64,000 bases of DNA from a virus, in the IMG/VR virus record IMGVR_UViG_3300031963_012969. One strand, 5' to 3'. Below the pieces are notes generated by a model. That model was not told where the DNA came from. It searched no databases and worked only from the letters and a program-made list of their open reading frames with translations. The translations under genes were made by a program, and so were the position numbers. Position 1 is the first letter of the stretch, and each line of letters begins with the position of its first letter. Positions 55,795 to 64,000 of the stretch are shown in pieces.

Positions 55795-56459
55795 AATTGT
55801 GCTCCTTGATCTATTAGTTTTTGCATGTCACTAAATTTTACAAAAAATCTTCCATTTTTGCCAAATGACTGTCCCCAGCTATTTACGCAGAAAAAAGTTT
55901 CCCATTGACAATCAACTCCATATATCATCCAAGCATGTCCGCCTTCATAGTTTGATATTGGCCTAGCGAATCCGTTTTGGTCTGGATTAGTCATTCCATG
56001 ATACCACCTACTACTAACAACTATTGGTCCATTTTCAGATATAAATTTTGCTGCATCTTCTACGCTATACCCCCAAACATAACTTGATATTAAATCTAAT
56101 TCCTTTAAAACATTTGCGCCAGCTCTTATGCTGCTTCCGTAATACATTGGCTCTGATCCCGGCCACTCATCTATTTCCTGAGACTTTTTGTATATTTCTT
56201 CTGGAAGTATTTTAGGTTTGTCTTCGTGCGACCATGGTTGAGTTTGCAGAAATTGTGCCCATGAATATCCCACACATTGACTTGAGGTTCCCTGATTCAG
56301 TACGTTGCCTATCTTCCATGAGTGTCTAATTGTGTCGTCTATCTTGGGCTTATTAGCAAACATTGAGAACTTTTTATCTCTTTCGTCGTAACTAAATAAA
56401 AGACCTTTTCCTATTAGTGGTTGCTCTGATTTATATAAACTATTTTGGTATTGTTGCAT
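55776..56459 (-). CDS. Papain-like (C1) cysteine peptidase
   Basis: NQG..SQCVGYS (Gln/Cys), GGHAW (His), NSWG..FG.NG (Asn). Confidence 0.88.
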   Translation of the reverse strand: MQQYQNSLYKSEQPLIGKGLLFSYDERDKKFSMFANKPKIDDTIRHSWKIGNVLNQGTSSQCVGYSWAQFLQTQPWSHEDKPKILPEEIYKKSQEIDEWPGSEPMYYGSSIRAGANVLKELDLISSYVWGYSVEDAAKFISENGPIVVSSRWYHGMTNPDQNGFARPISNYEGGHAWMIYGVDCQWETFFCVNSWGQSFGKNGRFFVKFSDMQKLIDQGAQLCSALK

Positions 56460-56530
56460 TTTAATTAATTATTGGAATTAAGCTCATAAGATGCAAATAA
56501 AATAAATAACAGTCAAGAATAAATTGATAA

Positions 56531-56554
56531 GCGGAGAGGGTTGCCCCTCTCCGC
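56531..56554 (-). terminator. GC-rich hairpin, probable terminator
   Basis: GCGGAGAGGG-loop-CCCTCTCCGC. Confidence 0.7.
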
Positions 56555-56647
56555 CATTAACAACAACACAAACAACAAACAAGACGGATAAATCCGCCAA
56601 AAACAATACTACTAAATTTTTATTACTTAATCAACAACTATTTTTAA

Positions 56648-57139
56648 TTAAGAAGCTATATGATAGATAACTGGGTCTAGAATGGATGGAGTATTGTGTA
56701 AATTTGGTAATGGCGGTTTCCACATCATCATAACTAATCCATTTATAAATGGCTGATGAAATGTATTCGGTTTGTGTTCTATCGTCTCCCCTGACGAATA
56801 AACTTTCTTTGTCGTCATCTCTTGAACATAACCATCAATCACTTTTATTTTTTCGTAATAAGTGTGATAGTGTTTTGGACTAACTGTATTTGACTGACAC
56901 AGGGCTCTAGTCCAACCAGAATCATCGTCAATTAGCATCATTTTAACCCCATCAAATAATTCTATCCATAACCCTCTGACTAATTTTTTTTCTATTACCT
57001 CTTCTTCATTTTTGTCGTTTTTTTCGAAAGAAGACAACAACCTAGAATCATCTATAATACTTGAAGCAGCACGCTGAGAAGCTTCCCTTAGTTTATTGTG
57101 GGCCTCAAGTAACTGCAATTTAGTATTTTGCTCTAACAT
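56648..57139 (-). CDS. Cupin-fold protein
   Basis: PKHYH..YE.I.VIDG...GE.I...PNTFHQP. Confidence 0.65.
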   Translation of the reverse strand: MLEQNTKLQLLEAHNKLREASQRAASSIIDDSRLLSSFEKNDKNEEEVIEKKLVRGLWIELFDGVKMMLIDDDSGWTRALCQSNTVSPKHYHTYYEKIKVIDGYVQEMTTKKVYSSGETIEHKPNTFHQPFINGLVMMMWKPPLPNLHNTPSILDPVIYHIAS

Positions 57140-57141
57140 TT

Positions 57142-57486
57142 TTACTGAGTCTCCTTATTTAATATTTTCTCAAGTATGGAGCACTGATTATTTATATGCT
57201 CCTTTATTCTAAGGACTGATGTTTCGAGGTTATTTTTATTGTCATTAGAGCTTACAGTTATTGCAGGAGCAATGGCTTCTACAACCTGAGTAAGTGAATG
57301 CATTGTCGCAATATTCTCTTTAGATAAATCAAGAAGCTCCTTTGCATAATTTCTTTCTTTTTCTTTATAGTCTTTTACTTCTTTGAGTAAAAAATAAATC
57401 CATCCACACATTGCTGCTACACCTAAACCAAAGGTATTTGCTAATTCGATAAGTGTATTTGGATTAGATGTTACGTCTGGAGCCAT
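57142..57486 (-). CDS. Holin-like protein (single TM + coiled coil)
   Basis: FGLGVAAMCGWIYFLLKE...KERN pattern, BhlA-like topology. Confidence 0.5.
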   Translation of the reverse strand: MAPDVTSNPNTLIELANTFGLGVAAMCGWIYFLLKEVKDYKEKERNYAKELLDLSKENIATMHSLTQVVEAIAPAITVSSNDNKNNLETSVLRIKEHINNQCSILEKILNKETQ

Positions 57487-57553
57487 GTGGTTAAAAAAAT
57501 AAATTAATTGTTATTACGTTGAATAATACATGAAATATCTTTATACAACAAAT

Positions 57554-57584
57554 AAAAAAGCGAGACCAAAAATCTCGCTTTTTT
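57554..57584. terminator. Bidirectional intrinsic terminator
   Basis: A6-GCGAGA-loop-TCTCGC-T6; same stem base as 27303-27337. Confidence 0.8.
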
Positions 57585-57606
57585 ATTTTTGTTTTTAACT
57601 ATTTAT

Positions 57607-58056
57607 TTATCTAACTTTATAATTGTTTGAGAACGCTGGAGATTTTCTTTTGTTTGAATTATTCTTAGTTTTTACTTGATGTAAAGATTTTTGCTTTAAT
57701 GTAGTGGATTGCTGTTTTTTGACCAATTCCCCTGCAGCATCTGCCGTCTTAGATAGAGCGAGACCATCAATTTTAAGTGGCTTGCCTGCCAGAGCGAGAG
57801 AGGTTTGGATATTTTGACCGTATTTCTTAATGATGTTTGATGGCAAGAGATTGATCAAACTATCAATCACTGTCCAGATAATCCCAGTTATTACGGCCAC
57901 ATCTAAGTGAGCCTCAATACCTGGAACTTTTTGAGACAGTAAAGCAACAAGATATGCAGCAAGCAAAGACACACCCTTTTGTATAAAAGGTCCTGACTTA
58001 CTTAAGGCAAACTTGACGATATAAGTTTCGATGAATGATGGTAATTTAAGTTTCAT
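57607..58056 (-). CDS. Two-TM membrane protein with basic tail (holin-like)
   Basis: Two hydrophobic helices and a Lys-rich C-terminus; TTGACA-N17-TACATA upstream. Confidence 0.45.
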   Translation of the reverse strand: MKLKLPSFIETYIVKFALSKSGPFIQKGVSLLAAYLVALLSQKVPGIEAHLDVAVITGIIWTVIDSLINLLPSNIIKKYGQNIQTSLALAGKPLKIDGLALSKTADAAGELVKKQQSTTLKQKSLHQVKTKNNSNKRKSPAFSNNYKVR

Positions 58057-58147
58057 ATATTTTAGTAGAGAACAAATATGTATTTCATTTATTCTATACT
58101 GTCAATTATTTTGTTGAATGTTTTTAAAGCAAGAAATGGGTATACTA

Positions 58148-61100
58148 TTAAAAAGGCAGAGGAGGTTCTCCGTCGTCGCCCCCACCCATAGAATAATACA
58201 CAAAAGTAGAAACAGTGTTCGATTCAGGTGACATTGTTTCATCAACAAAAACCGCTCTAAGCTTGACTCTGAGTTCCCCACCTGCACCCATTATTTGCCA
58301 CCAAGGCCTATTAAATGTTGTAATAAATAATAAACCACTATTATACTGTTGTCCTAATCCTATATCTGTCCAATCTTCGTTTTCATCCCAATAATTAAAT
58401 TTGAAATTTGCTTCATAACGTAATACACCACTTATATAGTTAGATTGCTCTATTTTTATTGTCCACGTAATACCATTACTTACCATAGTATATGAAAGCT
58501 GAGACACGGAGCTTAGTACAGGACCCCCCAAAGGAATAGTAGTATAAAATGATGCAGTATTTGAGTCGTCGCTGTATTTAACTAGAGAGTTGGTGTAAAC
58601 CAACCCAAGTGAAATTTTTATGTATTGAGCCTCTTCAATAACATTATTGTATTGTGGAATAGTTACTGAGTATGAATTTTGCTGAGTTTCGGATTTTGAA
58701 ACAGAAGATGCTGCGTGAGACCATTCTGTATCATTATTTAATTTATACCTAATTACAGTCCTGTTGTAGTTTGGATAATAAACTCCAGAATAGTTAAAAG
58801 AAATAGATAAATTATACGTAGTATGACTCCAGCTAACATTTGTTATTTCTGGAGTTGTCGGACTTGGCAATAAAAGAGGTCCTGTGTTTCCGATAGCGAT
58901 ATCGCTATTTAATCCCCATACTGTTGTATACCTTGACTGGAATTCGGTATACTCATCAATGTTAACAAATTTTTCAAATTTTGCTATCTTGTCATTTATC
59001 TCTACTGCGTCTATTCCCGTCCATGAGTTACTTGAGCTAGGCTTAAATTGAAATCCATTTGGAGTAATTGATTTGAAATCTAAGAAATAAGAAAGAATTT
59101 TTCTAGGCGGAAGATTATCAGAAACAGAGTAAAAAAGATGGTCAATTAATAAGGTACAATTACTAATAGATGGAACATCTAAATTAAATTCAATTAATTT
59201 ACTTTCAGAAGCCAATGAATATTTATTGTCATTTTTAAGTATTCTAACTTTAACTCCCAAATTTTTATCTACATCTATCCCATAATTTGAAGGATACATA
59301 GTTATAAATGTTCCGCTTACATCCTCTGCCGGTATCCCTACAAAATCTAGTGTATTATTCACTGAATATTCATACGATTGTATTTCCTGTGGATTTGCAT
59401 AAGAAATATTCGCTTTTAGGATTTTATCAATATATGAAATTGGTATCAATGACTCTATATTAGGTATTACTGAAAAATTCTCTATTTTAAGTGTATTAGA
59501 AACTTGATTGTATATTTTATTTTGTTTGTTTATTCTGGCTATAATATATCTAACTTCATATTGAGGAACATTTAAATTAAAAATTTGGTTGCTTCCTCCA
59601 CTCCATGATAAATCTTGCCAAGTTATACCGCTGTCTGTGCTTATCTCAATTTTATCTGTACTTGCCGATATGTTCCCAATTTTTCCATACTCAAATTCAA
59701 CCGCAAATGATGTTGTAGTTAATTGAGTATAGTCTATCAGAAATAATCTTGAATACTGCCCAGAAATAAAACTCCAATTACTCTTTGCTAATCTCATTCC
59801 ATATCTAATATCTTTGGTTGAGGGGGACGAATAAATAGATGTTCTATTTGACAGCAACATGTCTGAGGCATTTGACAAATAGTTACCTCCTCTTAGTAGT
59901 CTTTGCTTGCTGTCGCTTGGAATTAAGTTACTCCAAATTTGATTGGAATATTCTTGAGTAGGTACAGAAAAATCAGATGTATATCTTACTGAAGAAGTGA
60001 AATTTAATTCATCTATATATCCATCAAAAGAGTCGTTTAACCATGAGTTCTGGCCTTTGGAAATTTTTATATATTTTTCATCACCTGAGTCTGTTACCAC
60101 AATTCTTTGTTTTAAGGACCCCTGGCTATTCCCATCTAAATAAATTACATTATTGTAAGTTTCTGGAAAATAGCACCAAGCTACGTGTTGCCATTGATTC
60201 AAAGATATTGGAGTAGTACCTATTATTCTTTTTGAATCATCATTGTTGCAGCAATAAGATAAATACCAAAGACCGTCACTTTGATTGTAATACACAGTCA
60301 TTGCATATAATAAATTACCAATCTGAAGTTCTATTAATACTTGCTCTTTTGTAGATAAAAAACCTGTTGGGTAAATCCACATGTCTATCGAAAATCCATT
60401 ACAAAAATCATAGATATTTTTACTATAAAAAATTAATCCAAGTTTTCTTTGGTTGCTACTAGATAGGAGTGAATATCCACCAAATTTAGAGACTGTATTG
60501 ACAGTTATAGGATAAGATGAGCCATACGAACTATAATTATACGGAGATAAATTATATAAACTGCTGTCAACAACATTATTATTGAAATGCAACAATAAAA
60601 CTGTAGATAGGTAATGTGGGTTTGGCTGACTACTTGGCACTGGATCCGATTGGGAATAATTATCCAAAACCCATTCAGATACGTTTCCAGACATATCATA
60701 TATTGCTATCTCGTTTGGTGATTTTAACCCAACTTGTTTTATTGAATTACCTGAGTTGACTGATGACCAGGCTACATCATTTAATGTGTTGCTGCCACTA
60801 TATACATAGTTTTTACTGAAAGCTCCGCCCCTTGCCGCATAATCCCATTCAACTTCAATCGGTAATCTGTACCCGTCACTCGTCCAATAAACAATTGGAG
60901 ATGTTTCTCCAGACCTATAAACTGTTCCATTGGAGTTTCTGTAAACTGGAGACAACCAGTTCATTTCACTCTTTGCGTTGCAAAATTTTATCGCGTCATA
61001 CCAATTAATATTTGATATTGGTTCGTTTAACGAAGAATACACAGAAGCGTCAACCAGGTCATAACCAAGATTGCGTTCATTTACATATGTAACCACCTCT

Positions 61101-64000
61101 TTCCATTCTTTTACTGTAACCTCTTTACTGCAAATAAAAAATGGATTAATTGATTTGAACCCCAAAAAGTCCATCAAAGAAGTATTTACATAAACAAAGT
61201 CATTTAATAGATTTATTGGATAAGCGTTAAAGTTTAATGTTATGTTTCTTACATCTGAGGAGAATTTGTACTCTATTTTTGTTACATTTTTGTTTTGAGT
61301 TAAAAAAGATATTGATTGAGATAATAGCCCCAATGGATTTGTTACCATGTAGGAGCTTTTATTTATTGAATAAGAAAAATAATATTCTTGAGCTCCTCTT
61401 ACGTAAAGTCTTACATAGAAATCATCTTTTTGCGGATTCAGCTCTCTAATTAAAGTAATCGATCCACTATTTCCATATAATGTGTTTAATAGTGTTCCAA
61501 GCCCATTAGAGATAGACATAAAAGGAGAGGAGCTTGAATTGTCTACGCTAAAACCTAAAGAATCTGAGCCAAGAAAACTGTTTTCATAGGATAGAGTAAT
61601 TGGCTCTATGGTAGTGGTCGCTGTTTTTACAGCAGAGTAATCTCCCGACTCATTTTCTTTTTTGTGTTTTATCCTATAATAATATGTTGTGGCTTCCTGT
61701 AAGTAACCGTCACCTGGTCTGATATTTTGATTGCTTACATCAAAATATCTATTAGAACCAGAATCAGGAAAAGAAGATACTACAGTTCCAGTACAATCAA
61801 GATTTGATCTTATTATGTTTGTAAAATCTAAATCTGTAGATATATCCATCGTTGCACCAGTAATTTCAGCCGATCTAGACCATTTTGCCCTAAAGGAATC
61901 ATAGCTTGCGTTACTGGTTAAGACCCTGATCGGTTTAAATGGCTTTGAGTAATCTAGTGTTTTTGGTCCAACAATTAAATTAATGTCACTTACGCATGCA
62001 GATGAATTAAAGCAGACGCCGACATATTTATTTATAAAAATATAATCTTCTATTGTCGCACTGCCGATTGATCCATCTGGGGGATACGTATATCCGTCTT
62101 TTATTTCTATTTTATTGCCGGTTCGTTTTATTGATCTATATACAGAATAAGTTGGGATCTCTTGCGTGGTGCTACTAGGGGGGGTGTGGGATAAAAATGT
62201 TGTGTTTGTTTCGTAATTATATAATTGCACTTTATTAACTATATAAAACGGTGATCGATTAGTTATTCCAATAACTCCATTTGTGCCGGAAGATTTTATC
62301 CCACCCATGCTGCTGTTACCGTAATTGATAAAAAAATCCAAGCTAGATGCATGAAACATTCCCGCATCAAACGCCGTAGTAAAAGTGGTATACCCAGAAT
62401 CAGTAAGTTTAAAATAAAACTCAAAATCGTTATAAGCTATTGAATCAGCTAAATCAAATAATACAAGACAGTTAAGATTACTAAAAGACGGGAAGGATGA
62501 GGCTCCTTGGGTAAAATAATCCGAAGCTGTGCTAGACAAATATGAATTAGGGAGAATTGTTACATATTTTTGCTCATTAACAAAGTCCTTGTAAATATAA
62601 CTTTTTCGGTCAAATAAAATAGGCCTCTTAAAAAAATTACTAGTATGGACAAGGTTTTGAGTTATGTTTACGGAACCACTTAAAAAATTACATTCGCTAT
62701 ATACAGAGGTGTCTCCGTTCTTTATTTGTTTTATGTCTTTTCCCCATCTAATATGTTTTATAAAAGAGCTAGGCAGAGAAGGACTACTAGATATTGTCGT
62801 TCCAGAAATTTGTTTATCTCCACTAATCAATTGGTTGCTTGAGCCAACTATAACATTAAACGTTTTAATTAATTCAAATCCCTGAGAATAACAAACCCCC
62901 GTAAAGGTATATTCACCAGGAATTTTGGGCAACTTCCTTTTTCCGTCATAGTCTATATTAATGTATAGACCATCTACATTAGCAGAGCTTTGGTTTCCGT
63001 ATAATCCATTAATTGATTGTGGGTAAAAATTACCTCCCAATACAACAGTATTCAGCAAATCAGGAAAAATTCCACTTATTTGTTTTGTAGAAGAATCATA
63101 ATAAGCATAAAGAAAATCATCATAAAGTCTTTCTTGTGCTGATGCCATTGGGGACCCAACATTAAGGTATGTTGTTATATCTATAATTGCTTTGTAAAAT
63201 AGAATAGGAGCATACTCTGACAAGAAATTATTAATTGACACATATATTGTATGACTCCCTGCCTTGAATGTTGACCCTGAAATTTTGCCTCTATCAGTTG
63301 TTCTATAGCTGTCAGTACCGGATTCATAACAAAGTGTTCCCTGTGGCAACCCCTTAATTATAATTATTGAAGTTGGTGACACATAAGTACTGTCTTTTAT
63401 TAAGCAAGTTGAATTAGTATTAAATGAGTCTTTAATTATACCCAAAGCTCCCATAGACATATTCGGATACGGGGTTATCTCGCTGTAACTATAAGCATCA
63501 GTTAAAGGTGGGTAATTATTGAATGCATTGGGTATTTCTGTTTTATAGAAATAAAGGTCTTTCATCCAATTTATTGGTTTCGCTTTATTTGAATAACTAC
63601 CAGAGCTTGTTGGCATTAACCCAACTATTCCTCTTTTTGTTAAAACCAAAAAATGGCATGTTGTAACACCGTCAACAAAATTGTGTATTCTTGCAGTAGA
63701 AGAAATAGATACAACATCTCTAACTGGTGAATTTAATAATTGATTTAGATAGGTATAGTTTCCAGACAAAGCTGACTCACCTGTTGCGAGTTTTAAGGTC
63801 CCCGAAGAATCTATTTCAAAGCCGTATTGAAGCATTGGGGGTCTGTCTAAAACAGACTCAAAAACTGGTCTGTTAGTTGTATCAGTTCCTGATCCATGCC
63901 ATCCAGTGGTACCATCAAATTTTTTGTATACAGCGCAACCAGCTGTAACAGGTGGAAAATCGTAGAAATATGAACCACCACTAGAAAAATATTGATAATA
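58148..64000 (-). CDS. Very large tail fibre/adhesin (FN3-like, FGE-sulfatase/C-type-lectin fold, LamG); 5' end outside window
   Basis: Frame open from 64000 through the called Met at 63835; FGE motifs (EVT, YRLPIEVEWDYAARGG, YDMSGNVSEW, RGG, GMRL) and LamG motifs (LLLHF, WQHVA, GYIDE). Confidence 0.8.
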   Translation of the reverse strand, partial: YYQYFSSGGSYFYDFPPVTAGCAVYKKFDGTTGWHGSGTDTTNRPVFESVLDRPPMLQYGFEIDSSGTLKLATGESALSGNYTYLNQLLNSPVRDVVSISSTARIHNFVDGVTTCHFLVLTKRGIVGLMPTSSGSYSNKAKPINWMKDLYFYKTEIPNAFNNYPPLTDAYSYSEITPYPNMSMGALGIIKDSFNTNSTCLIKDSTYVSPTSIIIIKGLPQGTLCYESGTDSYRTTDRGKISGSTFKAGSHTIYVSINNFLSEYAPILFYKAIIDITTYLNVGSPMASAQERLYDDFLYAYYDSSTKQISGIFPDLLNTVVLGGNFYPQSINGLYGNQSSANVDGLYINIDYDGKRKLPKIPGEYTFTGVCYSQGFELIKTFNVIVGSSNQLISGDKQISGTTISSSPSLPSSFIKHIRWGKDIKQIKNGDTSVYSECNFLSGSVNITQNLVHTSNFFKRPILFDRKSYIYKDFVNEQKYVTILPNSYLSSTASDYFTQGASSFPSFSNLNCLVLFDLADSIAYNDFEFYFKLTDSGYTTFTTAFDAGMFHASSLDFFINYGNSSMGGIKSSGTNGVIGITNRSPFYIVNKVQLYNYETNTTFLSHTPPSSTTQEIPTYSVYRSIKRTGNKIEIKDGYTYPPDGSIGSATIEDYIFINKYVGVCFNSSACVSDINLIVGPKTLDYSKPFKPIRVLTSNASYDSFRAKWSRSAEITGATMDISTDLDFTNIIRSNLDCTGTVVSSFPDSGSNRYFDVSNQNIRPGDGYLQEATTYYYRIKHKKENESGDYSAVKTATTTIEPITLSYENSFLGSDSLGFSVDNSSSSPFMSISNGLGTLLNTLYGNSGSITLIRELNPQKDDFYVRLYVRGAQEYYFSYSINKSSYMVTNPLGLLSQSISFLTQNKNVTKIEYKFSSDVRNITLNFNAYPINLLNDFVYVNTSLMDFLGFKSINPFFICSKEVTVKEWKEVVTYVNERNLGYDLVDASVYSSLNEPISNINWYDAIKFCNAKSEMNWLSPVYRNSNGTVYRSGETSPIVYWTSDGYRLPIEVEWDYAARGGAFSKNYVYSGSNTLNDVAWSSVNSGNSIKQVGLKSPNEIAIYDMSGNVSEWVLDNYSQSDPVPSSQPNPHYLSTVLLLHFNNNVVDSSLYNLSPYNYSSYGSSYPITVNTVSKFGGYSLLSSSNQRKLGLIFYSKNIYDFCNGFSIDMWIYPTGFLSTKEQVLIELQIGNLLYAMTVYYNQSDGLWYLSYCCNNDDSKRIIGTTPISLNQWQHVAWCYFPETYNNVIYLDGNSQGSLKQRIVVTDSGDEKYIKISKGQNSWLNDSFDGYIDELNFTSSVRYTSDFSVPTQEYSNQIWSNLIPSDSKQRLLRGGNYLSNASDMLLSNRTSIYSSPSTKDIRYGMRLAKSNWSFISGQYSRLFLIDYTQLTTTSFAVEFEYGKIGNISASTDKIEISTDSGITWQDLSWSGGSNQIFNLNVPQYEVRYIIARINKQNKIYNQVSNTLKIENFSVIPNIESLIPISYIDKILKANISYANPQEIQSYEYSVNNTLDFVGIPAEDVSGTFITMYPSNYGIDVDKNLGVKVRILKNDNKYSLASESKLIEFNLDVPSISNCTLLIDHLFYSVSDNLPPRKILSYFLDFKSITPNGFQFKPSSSNSWTGIDAVEINDKIAKFEKFVNIDEYTEFQSRYTTVWGLNSDIAIGNTGPLLLPSPTTPEITNVSWSHTTYNLSISFNYSGVYYPNYNRTVIRYKLNNDTEWSHAASSVSKSETQQNSYSVTIPQYNNVIEEAQYIKISLGLVYTNSLVKYSDDSNTASFYTTIPLGGPVLSSVSQLSYTMVSNGITWTIKIEQSNYISGVLRYEANFKFNYWDENEDWTDIGLGQQYNSGLLFITTFNRPWWQIMGAGGELRVKLRAVFVDETMSPESNTVSTFVYYSMGGGDDGEPPLPF

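Noticed and set aside
59780-59900. Diversity-generating retroelement target
   Set aside because: No reverse transcriptase or template repeat seen in the window; cannot be excluded elsewhere in the genome.
1-64000. Stop-codon reassignment
   Set aside because: Long genes are intact under the standard code, TAG and TGA end genes at tight junctions, and no suppressor tRNA was seen.

Overview
This is a 64 kb AT-rich segment of a large myovirus-type (probably jumbo) bacteriophage, almost entirely coded on the minus strand with the standard genetic code. Read in transcription order (right to left) it holds: a partial >1,900-aa fibre/adhesin; a lysis/envelope block (holin-like proteins, papain-like protease, Cys-rich protein, lysozyme); portal; a ~30 kb block of putative internal head proteins with a multisubunit RNA polymerase interleaved as three collinear pieces (beta-N, beta-C/beta'-N fusion, beta'-C); prohead protease, scaffold, decoration and major capsid proteins; three tRNAs; neck, sheath, two tube paralogues, spike, a -1 frameshifted tail chaperone pair; and the start of a tape-measure-like gene. 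The best candidate for an undescribed system is an inferred head-cargo programme. Many head-region proteins carry repeated K-x-A motifs (predicted protease sites) and short MNKY-type leaders, and several are polyproteins or glycine-zipper membrane-active proteins. This cargo may include the phage RNAP, whose candidate promoter (GGGTACC-N17/18-AGCCATAATATATTG) heads two insulated cassettes of small genes. All product calls come from manual motif recognition and gene order; no searches were run.
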